Origin: Escherichia phage vB_EcoS_HdH2
Sequence record: NC_048748.1
DNA: 64,000 bases
Direction: 5' to 3' (one strand)
In this document: positions 9,414-18,949 of the stretch, piece after piece
How the letters are laid out: each line of letters starts with the position of its first letter
How positions within the stretch are numbered: position 1 is the stretch's first letter
The notes under the pieces: generated by a model
What the model saw: only the letters and a program-made list of their open reading frames with translations
The model's database searches: none
What the model was told of the DNA's origin: nothing
Made by a program: the position numbers and the translations under genes

Positions 9414-9675
9414 AATAACGCCTCAAAATGGCTAGGATTCTGTCAAGTCAAATCGTGCTGTTAATAAGTCTGTGGATAACTTAAATAACAGTGTTTCTCA
9501 CTTCCATTCTTAAACGAGAATGATTCTCATTTGCATTCCACTGTCTAACCGATAATCATTTCCTTTCTTAAATGAGAATCATTTCACTTTTTGAATAGTT
9601 CTCATTTCACTTCTTAAATGAGAATCATTATCATTCGCATTCCACTTCTTAAATGATAATGATTCTCATTCAAAG

Positions 9676-9695
9676 TCGCAGGGCAATTGCCCTGC
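9676..9695. repeat. Perfect 20-bp palindrome cgcagggcaattgccctgcg
   Basis: Read directly. Confidence 0.6.
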
Positions 9696-9700
9696 GCTTT

Positions 9701-10438
9701 TGTGCAAATCCGACATGTGCTCCAAGGGTTACGTGCTGGCGTGTATGTGCAAATCCGACAATTTTTGGTAGTGTGCAAATCCGACCCGAAAAATTTATAA
9801 ATTCGTGAGAGTGACGAATCTGTCTCCTAAAAACTCCAGCAATCACGAACTGCGTTCGAATCCTGTGGAATTAGCTAGAGTATGTGCAAATCCGACATGT
9901 GTTGAGCTGTGCGAATCCGATGAAATTTTTGTGACTTCGATGAGAGGGTGTGTGATTGTATAGGTTTGAGGAGAAGATGAGAGAGCGAGAAAAATTTGGG
10001 AGGCTAGAAGGATGTGGGTGCAGGATTGGTGCGGAGCACCTGATTTGCGGGGATTTTGGGGAAGAGTTGAGAAGATTTGGGAAGATTTGAGATAGGTGCA
10101 GAAAAAGCGAAATTTTATTAGCTAAATGGGGCAAAATAGCTTGACAAGTGAAAATTCTTGTGGCTCTAAAAACTCAGGCAATCATGGGCCTTCGGCCCGA
10201 AATAATGCTGCCATTTTCAAGAGATTATATGTTCCTAAAAACTTAGGCGTTTGTGCAAATCCGACCATAAATTTCTAGAAATGCAGTGTGCAAATCCGAC
10301 AGTAATTTCTGGAAATGTGTTTTCAAAAAATGTCTCCTAGAAATAACCGCCCTCCCTATAACCGCCCTGTATAGGAAAACCGGCCTAGGATATTTATAGT
10401 AGATGAGAAACTGCCCTAGAACATGTGCAAATCCGATT
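9701..10438 (+). repeat. Array of at least 7 copies of TGTGCAAATCCGA(C/T) in non-coding DNA
   Basis: Copies at 9701, 9746, 9772, 9883, 10252, 10287, 10425 (degenerate 9908); one extra copy inside a CDS at 12127. Confidence 0.65.
9960..10130 (+). repeat. Polypurine (G/A-rich) tract, almost C-free on the plus strand
   Basis: Strong strand composition asymmetry; ORF 9871-10134 here is low-complexity and probably spurious. Confidence 0.5.
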
Positions 10439-10811
10439 TAAAGTTTAGTGTAAACTCTAGAGTTAGTGCTCAACTATTCCTAGAAACTTAGGAGTCTAGA
10501 AGAAAGTGTTGTGCCATCCTAGCAGAAGAGCGGCAACAGGTGTATCATCTTGAACATAGATATTGCCTTTAAAAATATTTAAATAATATAAAGAAAAAGA
10601 GACCCCCAATTTCATGAGAGTCTCTCCTGGGGGCGCGTGATTAATTACGTGAGTACTCATGCCGTCATACCGCTGTTGCTAGGCCGCAAGCTATACGAGA
10701 CATTCGTGTAATAATCATCGCCCCTAGAGTTAATCAACTAGAGTAGTTGTTAATCTATGAGATTATTATAACATGTTTGGGTATGAGAATGCAAGAACTT
10801 TTTGTTAACTT

Positions 10812-11525
10812 TTATTCCTCCTTCTTGGATTTGAGTTTGATACCTAAGGATGCGAAGTAGATATAAGTTGCTAAATAGGAAGCAGTGGATCCTGTATCAC
10901 CGTAATCCATAGTTCCACGAGCTGCTCTAGTATACTCAGGAGCATAGTTTAATATCGTGTAACTTGGCATTCCTAGCGACTTACATAGCTCTTTAAATGT
11001 ATCCTCGTACTTATGGCACATGAAATGCACAGCGTTTTCTAGGGGCGTTAACTCTAGATCTTTATGGAGAGCTACAGTCAAACTCGCTAGCATTGTGCCA
11101 ATCCCACGATAAACTTCATCTTTAACTAGAGTAGGTTTCTCTTTTTCTAGTGGTGGAAGATGTGCATACTTACCATGTTTAAAAGGAATAAGATCTTCGC
11201 TAGCTAATGCTTCTTTAAATGATGCTTCCTTAAATCTTGGGAGATCTTCATCAATTAGAATATGAATAGCATTGGAAGAGAAACCTTTTGCTTCAGGATC
11301 TAAAGCCTTTAACGCTTTATTTACTTCCACATATGAACCTGACCAAACAACTTGTTTTGCATCCCGATCATACTTGATCTTTCCTTTATCCCACTTTGCA
11401 GGATAATGATCTCCTAAAAACATTACTGCATATTTTTCTTCATCAGTTAGCTGGGAAAGGCTCTTTTGTGTAGCACCACGTGCTAACTGGATAAGACGTT
11501 TTAATTTTTCAGCTTCTTTAATCAT
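10812..11525 (-). CDS. hypothetical protein
   Basis: 237-aa ORF; first gene after the repeat field. Confidence 0.5.
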   Translation of the reverse strand: MIKEAEKLKRLIQLARGATQKSLSQLTDEEKYAVMFLGDHYPAKWDKGKIKYDRDAKQVVWSGSYVEVNKALKALDPEAKGFSSNAIHILIDEDLPRFKEASFKEALASEDLIPFKHGKYAHLPPLEKEKPTLVKDEVYRGIGTMLASLTVALHKDLELTPLENAVHFMCHKYEDTFKELCKSLGMPSYTILNYAPEYTRAARGTMDYGDTGSTASYLATYIYFASLGIKLKSKKEE

Positions 11526-11869
11526 ATATCAGACGCTTGCTCCCCTGTTTCTTTCTTTTCTGGCTTAGGTTTTCTTGCAACCTCTGCAAAGGTTCCTTTA
11601 GTTCTTTCTTTAGCTGGAAGATCTACTTTATACCACAGGATTCCTAATTGTTGCGCTAAATGAGCTATATTCTTTGGTGTTATACTTGGAATATCTTCCC
11701 TATCAGAGATATTAGAGATTACACCAAGTAACTCTCCTATTTTAGGCTTATTAGTATTTATAAGAACATACTCTAATGTTTCTATTTCTACATTTTCATC
11801 CTTATAGTAGAGGCTAAGAGTAATTAAATTTTCCCCAGCAGGGGCTATTTTTGTTTTACCAAATATCAT
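11522..11869 (-). CDS. hypothetical protein
   Basis: 115 aa; overlapping stop/start with neighbours. Confidence 0.45.
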   Translation of the reverse strand: MIFGKTKIAPAGENLITLSLYYKDENVEIETLEYVLINTNKPKIGELLGVISNISDREDIPSITPKNIAHLAQQLGILWYKVDLPAKERTKGTFAEVARKPKPEKKETGEQASDI

Positions 11870-12474
11870 TAATTACCTCTTTTATCTTCATTAATAGCAG
11901 CTCCCAACGCCTCCATAATAGCATCCTCTAAACTTCCATGTTTACCAGGATTATTAAAATGAATAGTACAAACAGAACTCCTAGAAACTCCAGCATCCGC
12001 AGGTGCTACGCTTTTCATGTCAGATTCAAAAGCTTCTTGAGTATGTTTCAACTGTGCAGAAGGTCCATAATCTTCACCAACTCGATAGGACTGATTAGAC
12101 GACAGTGTACCACCACATGGAACATTGTGCAAATCCGACGTTATTTTAGGATTATTATTTAATAGTGCAATACCACTTTTTGACCATGGATCACTAACAG
12201 TGGTACTGGGGCGGTTCACCTCAGTCTTCACGAGTTTATAGCCAGCATCTATTAATGCGTTAATAAGGTTATCCGCTGGGATGCGAGCCGTGCCAAAAAT
12301 CTCACGAGCGTTGTTGAGCCTACCTTCAAAACCTTTACATGCTCTAATATTAGTGTGTGCAAAGGTTAGCTTCATAGATTTGAATTGTACAGTAGCAGTT
12401 AAATCTTTAAAGCTATAATCCCATGTATTCAGTTCATGGTCTGGTACTACTTGAATAGATTGTTGTGTAAACAT
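11869..12474 (-). CDS. hypothetical protein
   Basis: 201 aa; contains one TGTGCAAATCCGAC copy. Confidence 0.5.
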   Translation of the reverse strand: MFTQQSIQVVPDHELNTWDYSFKDLTATVQFKSMKLTFAHTNIRACKGFEGRLNNAREIFGTARIPADNLINALIDAGYKLVKTEVNRPSTTVSDPWSKSGIALLNNNPKITSDLHNVPCGGTLSSNQSYRVGEDYGPSAQLKHTQEAFESDMKSVAPADAGVSRSSVCTIHFNNPGKHGSLEDAIMEALGAAINEDKRGN

Positions 12475-12659
12475 TATTTATTCTCCAGTTTGTCTAACAG
12501 TTTATGGGCTGCTAGATTATATTGTTTGAGTTCACGATTAAGGATTTGGTTTTCACACTTTAGCTCTAGATTCTTATTATTAAGAATATTGCAGATCAGT
12601 AGAAGTGCTAATATAACTAGCAAGGAACCTACTAGCATTAAAAGAAAAAGAGTTTCCAT
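12474..12659 (-). CDS. small membrane protein
   Basis: 61 aa; N-terminal transmembrane segment then coiled-coil-like tail. Confidence 0.4.
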   Translation of the reverse strand: METLFLLMLVGSLLVILALLLICNILNNKNLELKCENQILNRELKQYNLAAHKLLDKLENK

Positions 12660-13201
12660 TATTTTATCTCCATTCTTAGCTTTGAAAACTTATTATACCA
12701 AACTATATGATTATCGTCAATTACAAATTTATGGTAACATGCTGGTACGGTATAAGTCCCATAATCCGTGACACGCTGCACAACCTTGTGTGCACACAGT
12801 CGACATCCATGACCTTCTAAATGAGATCTAGCAGTTTGCCAGTAATAACCATCGTGATCTGGGCAGTAGATCTCGACTTGCTGCTGCATTGTTTTATAAT
12901 TTACACGCTCATACCCAAAGAAAGCCCCGTGAGCTGCAATGGCTTTCTTGATAAATATAAGGTTTAGCGCTTCTTGCTGGAAGTCGGGATGTAGTTGCTT
13001 AATTTTAGTTCTATTAATAGACCCATCCGATTTTACGAATCTATTTATTGGAAAGTTGTTAGCTTCCTCGATTAATAATTCATTTACTTTTTCTCTCATA
13101 CTAAATAGTCTCACAGCTAAGGTGGAAACATTCGTAAGCATCTCCAGTAAACTCTTTATCTTGTAGTATACACTTAGCCTGGTCTTCCAGTACTCCAACA
13201 T
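12659..13201 (-). CDS. hypothetical protein with Cys/His cluster
   Basis: CPDHDGYYW...HGCRLCAHK; true start probably internal (MREKV) because of overlap with 13101-13304. Confidence 0.4.
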   Translation of the reverse strand: MLEYWKTRLSVYYKIKSLLEMLTNVSTLAVRLFSMREKVNELLIEEANNFPINRFVKSDGSINRTKIKQLHPDFQQEALNLIFIKKAIAAHGAFFGYERVNYKTMQQQVEIYCPDHDGYYWQTARSHLEGHGCRLCAHKVVQRVTDYGTYTVPACYHKFVIDDNHIVWYNKFSKLRMEIK

Positions 13202-13304
13202 CTAATAATTGTTGTTTACTTGGCTTTTCAGCGAATACTTTTACAAAATACTCGCCATCCTGATTATACTCATTTATATCTCTAGTAAGGACATATACTT
13301 GCAT
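13101..13304 (-). CDS. hypothetical protein
   Basis: 67 aa. Confidence 0.35.
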   Translation of the reverse strand: MQVYVLTRDINEYNQDGEYFVKVFAEKPSKQQLLDVGVLEDQAKCILQDKEFTGDAYECFHLSCETI

Positions 13305-13326
13305 TTGAAGTTCCTTGAAAACATAA

Positions 13327-13358
13327 AAGGCCAGAACAACTAAGTCCTGGCCTCCTAA
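13327..13358 (-). terminator. Rho-independent terminator (minus strand)
   Basis: ggccaggacttagttgttctggcc hairpin then T-run on the minus strand. Confidence 0.55.
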
Positions 13359-13360
13359 AA

Positions 13361-13798
13361 TTAATGAAGTTGTTTACCACTTCTTAACATAGTGGCCGTT
13401 TCCATAAGACCTAGCGTAGCATCACGCTTATTGATCTGTTTACCAAGTTCATCAGTACGTTTACTGATGTAAGCATTAATAGCCATATTCATAGCTGTAG
13501 CGAGATCTTCTTTGGTTATCTCTTCATCGTCTAAAGCTAATTTAGCCAAAGAATCAAATGTGCTAGAGAGTCCTATAAGATCTGAGGTTTCTCCAGCCAA
13601 AATAGGATTAATATTATCTACTGTTACTTCTAGCATGGAGTTGACAATATCTTCACCGTCTATTAGACCAGTTTCAATATTACTCTCCCACTCCTTCATC
13701 TGCTCCAATAATGGATTTTTCTTTTCTGTCATGGTAGAGGTTTCCTGTGTCAGTCGGTAAGAAGGATGATTGCGTTTTAGGTGGATGTTGTTTAGCAA
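13361..13798 (-). CDS. hypothetical acidic protein
   Basis: 145 aa; start probably at MTEKK. Confidence 0.4.
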   Translation of the reverse strand: MLNNIHLKRNHPSYRLTQETSTMTEKKNPLLEQMKEWESNIETGLIDGEDIVNSMLEVTVDNINPILAGETSDLIGLSSTFDSLAKLALDDEEITKEDLATAMNMAINAYISKRTDELGKQINKRDATLGLMETATMLRSGKQLH

Positions 13799-14141
13799 TC
13801 CAGTTAAGAATCAGCACGCGACTAGGAACAATATCGGTATTATACCAAAAATCGTGAACCCATTGACGAGCATCTTCAAACTTACCAAATTTATATGCTT
13901 TCTTAAACAATTCAAATCCAAAACAATCTGGTGTAAAGTCTACTTCGCGATATTGAATTACTTTAGAACCAGTTAGGTCTTGGATCGCTGCATTAATTTC
14001 TGTATGTGAGAATTTTGTTTCATGAAACTTATTAAAGAATCGGTAGTTGAAGCGTCCGTTCGTTTCGACAAACAACTGGATGAAAAGATCGTTAAATTGG
14101 TTATCAAACCAGTAATTCTGTAGTTGTTGTAGTGCTGTCAT
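13680..14141 (-). CDS. hypothetical protein
   Basis: 153 aa. Confidence 0.45.
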   Translation of the reverse strand: MTALQQLQNYWFDNQFNDLFIQLFVETNGRFNYRFFNKFHETKFSHTEINAAIQDLTGSKVIQYREVDFTPDCFGFELFKKAYKFGKFEDARQWVHDFWYNTDIVPSRVLILNWIAKQHPPKTQSSFLPTDTGNLYHDRKEKSIIGADEGVGE

Positions 14142-14338
14142 TTACGAACCCCGTTAATCGCCATAATGATGCCTTCATACATAAAAGGAAGTAACCCAGA
14201 AGTATAGAATATATTTTCTGTTATTCCTAGATGTCGAAAAAGTATATTAAATAATGCTGTTAGAAATACAATCTGAGGCAGTAATATAAAATACTCAGTT
14301 ACAATCTTTGGTGCCTGATAAACAAGACGTTTTACCAT
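14138..14338 (-). CDS. small membrane protein
   Basis: 66 aa hydrophobic. Confidence 0.4.
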   Translation of the reverse strand: MVKRLVYQAPKIVTEYFILLPQIVFLTALFNILFRHLGITENIFYTSGLLPFMYEGIIMAINGVRK

Positions 14339-14437
14339 TGTTTTTAAGTCTCCTTATTACTTTGGCCTGCTCCACAATAATGAAAACTGCGAGCACTAAT
14401 AGTGCTATTAGTCCCGCAGTAACTGGTACTAGATCAA

Positions 14438-14827
14438 TCATGGGAGACGCCATACATAATTAGCTGTCTGTAGAACTTCAGAAACATCATCATGTTGCAT
14501 CACTACAGACGTTGGAGAGTAACTATCCGCCAGTTCTGTACGAACCATCTCACGTTCTTCTCCGGTATTGATATTTTTAACAATCACTTTCATATTAAGG
14601 GGCGTTAATACAGAAAGTGGTTTCCAAGAGTCCTCAATTTCAATCCCTACCTTTTTCTCAATTAACAAGAGAACTTCTAGTGTGTCATCTGGAATACTAA
14701 TATTATTATTTACAAACTGTAACAACTCATGCAAAGTATTTAATTCGTTAAAATTAAGTTTCATCTTTAATAATATCCTCAACCATATCACAAGACTGTT
14801 GCAATTCGTCAGCAATGCGCTTAACAT
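14438..14827 (-). CDS. hypothetical protein
   Basis: 129 aa. Confidence 0.4.
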   Translation of the reverse strand: MLSALLTNCNSLVIWLRILLKMKLNFNELNTLHELLQFVNNNISIPDDTLEVLLLIEKKVGIEIEDSWKPLSVLTPLNMKVIVKNINTGEEREMVRTELADSYSPTSVVMQHDDVSEVLQTANYVWRLP

Positions 14828-14999
14828 CGGTCTTCGTCACTTTACCGATTAACATCACCAGTAGCATAGAAAGTATAATAAGTGGGACTGGAATAACAAA
14901 TAATGCTACCTTAGCTATATTCTTTGGTGCCCATGTATGGTACTTAGTAACTAGAACTCCCACCACGATTAGATAAAATGCTAGAATAAACATCATCAT
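14754..14999 (-). CDS. membrane protein
   Basis: 81 aa, two hydrophobic helices. Confidence 0.4.
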   Translation of the reverse strand: MMMFILAFYLIVVGVLVTKYHTWAPKNIAKVALFVIPVPLIILSMLLVMLIGKVTKTDVKRIADELQQSCDMVEDIIKDET

Positions 15000-15277
15000 T
15001 TTTTAATCTCCGTGATTATCTGTGTACGCATTACTTTAGCAGGTAATTTATTATTCCCAGCTATTGCTTCAATATTGTTTAGTTTTTCTTTTAGAATATC
15101 TGAGCGTCTTTGTGCTAGTTCAATATCTTGTTCTTGTTCTATTAAGCGGCAGTGAAGTCCACTATTAGTAGTAAGCATACTCTCTATATTTTTTCGCATG
15201 CTTACAATACCAATAACCCCACCAATCGCTACTAATGTAGTAAGAACTAGTAACCCAATAAGAATTTCAATTAACAT
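14996..15277 (-). CDS. membrane protein with coiled-coil
   Basis: 93 aa. Confidence 0.4.
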   Translation of the reverse strand: MLIEILIGLLVLTTLVAIGGVIGIVSMRKNIESMLTTNSGLHCRLIEQEQDIELAQRRSDILKEKLNNIEAIAGNNKLPAKVMRTQIITEIKK

Positions 15278-15440
15278 TAAATGTCCTTACATTTTTCATT
15301 GTTTGGAACTAGTTTACACATCTCCACATTTAACTCGTGGATAGAGTTGCCTAATTCTGCTAAACGTGTGTGAAGAGAAGCTATACTATATATTAACACT
15401 CCTAAAAGGAGTGATAGCATAAAAATGGATAGTCTTTCCA

Positions 15441-15737
15441 TTATTTCTTACCTTTCAGTTGCTTAACTTCACGTTCAAAAGATGCTGCACGACGTTCTGC
15501 CACTGCTTGATGCTCCTTAGCAAAGCGTGCCTCTTGTTTTGCTAAGTTAAAGGCCATGGCGTTCTTGTTAAGAGAATCATACATCTTCTTCATCGCCGGA
15601 ATAGACATTTTCATCAGTTGCCCCTCAAATCCTTGCATGTCGAGGAGAATTGCTAATACATTGGCCATTTCAGTCTTGGTAAGGTTAGAGGCGTCGAAGT
15701 CTTTAGTCATGTTTTCCATTAGAATTTCCTCTCTCAT
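15441..15737 (-). CDS. hypothetical protein
   Basis: 98 aa. Confidence 0.4.
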   Translation of the reverse strand: MREEILMENMTKDFDASNLTKTEMANVLAILLDMQGFEGQLMKMSIPAMKKMYDSLNKNAMAFNLAKQEARFAKEHQAVAERRAASFEREVKQLKGKK

Positions 15738-15797
15738 TAATTTATGAACTTATTATACAGAATTTTAAGGCTTAAAGCAACTGAATTTTTTAATTAC

Positions 15798-16229
15798 TTA
15801 CCAATCGTTAACAACGCCGGAGAACTCAGAAGCAAAAACTTTTTCAAATTTTTCTGCAATTTCAGGATGATCTTTGCAGATCAGTTCAATACATGCTTCT
15901 GGAGTCATTCCTTCGTCTTCAGGATCACCATAATACTTGTCCCAAAGATCATCAGGGATGATGTGCTCTGCCAAATCTTGGAAAGAGATTAGCTGATAAC
16001 GTTCTGCTTCCTCGGGGATAAGGATTTCACAAAGATCTTTATCTATATCACTACGGTAATCAGCAATTAGCAGGGCATTGCAAGCATGGCACTCCCAGAC
16101 CATCAATCGTTCAGAAATAGGATTAGACTTATCCTGAACGTAGGACTGAAATAGGGTTTGGAAAGTAGCTTTAACTTGTTCAAACTTATCTGCTGCTGCG
16201 AAAACTAGAGCTTTATCAACTTTGTTCAT
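15798..16229 (-). CDS. hypothetical protein
   Basis: 143 aa. Confidence 0.45.
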   Translation of the reverse strand: MNKVDKALVFAAADKFEQVKATFQTLFQSYVQDKSNPISERLMVWECHACNALLIADYRSDIDKDLCEILIPEEAERYQLISFQDLAEHIIPDDLWDKYYGDPEDEGMTPEACIELICKDHPEIAEKFEKVFASEFSGVVNDW

Positions 16230-16269
16230 TTTGTTTCCTTCTCATCAATTTATAAAGTAATTATACAGA

Positions 16270-16298
16270 AACTTAGGCATTTTAGCAAATAAAACTTT
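16270..16298 (-). promoter_or_regulatory. Early promoter (minus strand; -35 TTGCTA, 17-bp spacer, -10 TATAAT)
   Basis: Reverse complement of attata ... tagcaa; one member of a reiterated family. Confidence 0.55.
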
Positions 16299-16387
16299 TA
16301 ATTAAATGCCTAGTCCTGTACCAATAGCAATACAAATGATTATAAGTATTGCTACTGCTTGTATGATTCGTTTAATAATAGCAATGA

Positions 16388-16909
16388 TTAGACATTTAAC
16401 ATCCAGCTAGTTTTATCGTGGGAAGTATACCTACCACTCATGATGTCTTCCAGTCGTACTGGTGATTTTGCATACTCTACACAAACGTTAATATAACGAG
16501 GGTCTCCCATTAACTCAAAGTGAGTATGCCCATGTAAGTTCTTCTTGCCCCTTAACTCTTCTGGATGTACTGGAGCATGGGAAAGCCAAAAGTTTTTATA
16601 TTTAACTAGTGATTGTACGTTATCTACAACTCCTACTAAGTCTTTGAAAGATAACCCTTCTCGTTCTAAGTCGTGGTTTCCCAAAACTAATGTAGTTCTA
16701 ACATTGCTGAAGAGTTTCCCAAACTTCTCCAAACCATTTCTAGATACAAATGCATCTCCTAAAATATAAAATACTGTACGCTTATCTTTCATGGATGTAA
16801 TAGTATCCATAATAAATTCATCATGCTCTTCCATAGTAGAGAAGATTGGTCTGAATTTAGTAATATTTGCATGTCCTAAGTGGAGATCGCTCCAAAAGCA
16901 AACTTTCAT
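16388..16909 (-). CDS. metallophosphoesterase (calcineurin-like)
   Basis: SDLHLGH, GNHD and GHTH motifs. Confidence 0.65.
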   Translation of the reverse strand: MKVCFWSDLHLGHANITKFRPIFSTMEEHDEFIMDTITSMKDKRTVFYILGDAFVSRNGLEKFGKLFSNVRTTLVLGNHDLEREGLSFKDLVGVVDNVQSLVKYKNFWLSHAPVHPEELRGKKNLHGHTHFELMGDPRYINVCVEYAKSPVRLEDIMSGRYTSHDKTSWMLNV

Positions 16910-17772
16910 TAAAGAATCCTCTGTACACCGCAGCTATTATTTTTGTCTGTGGTAAATGTGGTGATTTTGCCAGTTTCATCATTAACCTGCGCAATCGTCA
17001 ACTGCCCGTTGAAAACACCGCCAGTATCAAGATAGACACGGTTCTTATGTAATATTGGGTAAGGAACTCCAGTATGCCCGTGAAATACGAATTCTACTCC
17101 TTCTACCTTAGGAATGGGATTAATTAAGTTTTCTGGAAGTCCAGCATATCTTTGAAAATATGGGTGGTCAGCATCCTCAGACATATGGGAAAATACATCT
17201 TGGATCACATCCCTATCCCATAGAGCATCGTCTATAATATCTGCTAAATTAATCCCTTTGGCCTGCTCTGCCTCCAGAATAAGAGTGTCCCAATTTGGGA
17301 TTTTAGATACGTTATTATCCCCTTTATGCCTGTAGGGAACCGCACCATGAACAACACCATACTTTTTACCACGATGCAATACAGTTAGGAATACTGGCAT
17401 TTTTTCAGCCATATCTTCGGCAATATTTTTAATGGTATCAGCGTCTAGCTCATTCATAGCCCACATACCGCCATTATACATCCAGTTAGCCCAATCTCCT
17501 ACAATCATAAATTGGTCATGATTACCACGAACGCTACAGAAACGTGGATTATACAGGAATTTGGCTAGAACTTGTAGGTTCTGCGTGCCCCGATCAATTA
17601 AATCCCCCACGCATACAACGCAATCTTTCTTGCTGTTATAGCCAGCTAATTGTAGTGCATCTTCTAGCAAATCATTGCACCCATGAATATCGCCAACAAA
17701 GAATAAGTTAACATCATCAGGCACTACTATTGTTTTATGCACATTAAATTCTTTTTTCATAATTATTCCCAA
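16909..17772 (-). CDS. Ser/Thr protein phosphatase (PPP family)
   Basis: GDIHG, GDLIDRG and GNHD motifs. Confidence 0.7.
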   Translation of the reverse strand: MGIIMKKEFNVHKTIVVPDDVNLFFVGDIHGCNDLLEDALQLAGYNSKKDCVVCVGDLIDRGTQNLQVLAKFLYNPRFCSVRGNHDQFMIVGDWANWMYNGGMWAMNELDADTIKNIAEDMAEKMPVFLTVLHRGKKYGVVHGAVPYRHKGDNNVSKIPNWDTLILEAEQAKGINLADIIDDALWDRDVIQDVFSHMSEDADHPYFQRYAGLPENLINPIPKVEGVEFVFHGHTGVPYPILHKNRVYLDTGGVFNGQLTIAQVNDETGKITTFTTDKNNSCGVQRIL

Positions 17773-18008
17773 ATAACAGTTAAAATAGTTGTGCCATACT
17801 CATTAGATAATTGGAGAGTATAACCCTCTTTATTGAGGGCTTTTATAGCTTCATAACTAATTTCGTCACGATTAAGCTGTACAAAAGAACCTCCAATCTC
17901 GACAGAAGATACTATCCTCCGCTTAACCCATCTATACGTTTTCTTTCGGCTCTTGAGGGACGCGGCTCTATTTATCCTAGCTAAACGTTTTGCTTGCTCT
18001 GCTAACAT
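17763..18008 (-). CDS. hypothetical protein
   Basis: 81 aa. Confidence 0.35.
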   Translation of the reverse strand: MLAEQAKRLARINRAASLKSRKKTYRWVKRRIVSSVEIGGSFVQLNRDEISYEAIKALNKEGYTLQLSNEYGTTILTVIWE

Positions 18009-18066
18009 TTAATCCTCCTATCAATCTATATAAATATTATACCAAAATTTTTAGCAAAAAGCAAGT

Positions 18067-18097
18067 AAAATAAAAGCCTGATCAGCTAAGATCAGGC
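18067..18097 (-). terminator. Rho-independent terminator (minus strand)
   Basis: agcctgatc...gatcaggct hairpin plus T-run. Confidence 0.55.
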
Positions 18098-18105
18098 TTT
18101 GTTTA

Positions 18106-18402
18106 TTAGTCTTCTGGATTATCATCCAGGAAATTTTTAATAGCTTCGTGCATAGTTTCTTTACGAAGCTGACGTCCAATCAAAATATGGTTAGCTTCTA
18201 CTCGACCATTAGGTAAGCGATCTGCCAGAACTACTACAGGAACTTGGCGCACACCAAATTTCTGCATTAATTCTGTATTATCAGTCTCTTTGTGGACTTC
18301 CAAATTATAGTCATTGACTACTTTATCAAATACTGGCTCGAAAAGAGCACAAGGACGACACGTGGAACCTTTTAATAAATAAATAACTTTGCTCATATAC
18401 AC
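18106..18402 (-). CDS. thioredoxin/glutaredoxin-like protein
   Basis: 98 aa with CRPC (CxxC) redox motif near the N-terminus. Confidence 0.5.
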   Translation of the reverse strand: MYMSKVIYLLKGSTCRPCALFEPVFDKVVNDYNLEVHKETDNTELMQKFGVRQVPVVVLADRLPNGRVEANHILIGRQLRKETMHEAIKNFLDDNPED

Positions 18403-18409
18403 TCCTATT

Positions 18410-18949
18410 TTACTTGTTAAGCTCTTCTAAATCTGGTATATATCCAAGAAACTCCTCAATTAAAGCGTACTCCCCAGCAATCTCCTGTCTAGACTTATTC
18501 GCTAAGTCTACTGCCAGAGCTAAGTCTTCATAATTGAAGGTTCCTTTCATACGTTTTCGGCCTGTTTCATCCGTAATTTGAACTCTCCATTTCTGCCTAT
18601 CTTTAGCCCACATAACATTTGCATATCCGGATTTGGACTTTTTATGCTTTTTATTACGACAATTTTGTGGTTTAGATGCAGAACGTAAATTTTTCCATCG
18701 GTTATTTTGTGGATTTCTATCTATATGATCCACAAATTCAGGTATATATCCTTCCATATATAGGAAGGCCCATCTATGGGCTCCCTGCCTCTCCCCTTCC
18801 ACCATTATCATTATGTAATCATTGTTGTACAGGGTTCCAGCTTCCATTCCCCTCTTTACATACTGATTATTACCATCTATCTTCCAGGTAAATATCCCGG
18901 TTTCTGGATTATAGTCCAGAAATTCCTTTAATCTTTCTTGTGTTATCAC
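18410..18949 (-). CDS. HNH homing endonuclease with AP2-like domain
   Basis: HIDRNPQNNRWKNLR HNH motif plus C-terminal AP2-like segment. Confidence 0.65.
   Translation of the reverse strand: MITQERLKEFLDYNPETGIFTWKIDGNNQYVKRGMEAGTLYNNDYIMIMVEGERQGAHRWAFLYMEGYIPEFVDHIDRNPQNNRWKNLRSASKPQNCRNKKHKKSKSGYANVMWAKDRQKWRVQITDETGRKRMKGTFNYEDLALAVDLANKSRQEIAGEYALIEEFLGYIPDLEELNK

Larger units (their letters stand above)
9150..9672. repeat. Family of palindromic GAGAAT(C/G)ATTCTCAT sites (at least 6 copies); one more copy at 21-36
   Basis: aaatgagaatcattctcattt and variants read at about 9153, 9515, 9563, 9606, 9648. Confidence 0.55.

Noticed and set aside
9871-10134. ORF 9871-10134 (87 aa) in the polypurine tract
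   Set aside because: Low-complexity Ser/Pro/Leu translation of a homopurine repeat; no RBS
9701-10438. Possible CRISPR array
   Set aside because: Repeats are 14 bp, irregularly spaced and partly tandem; no regular repeat-spacer periodicity and no cas genes
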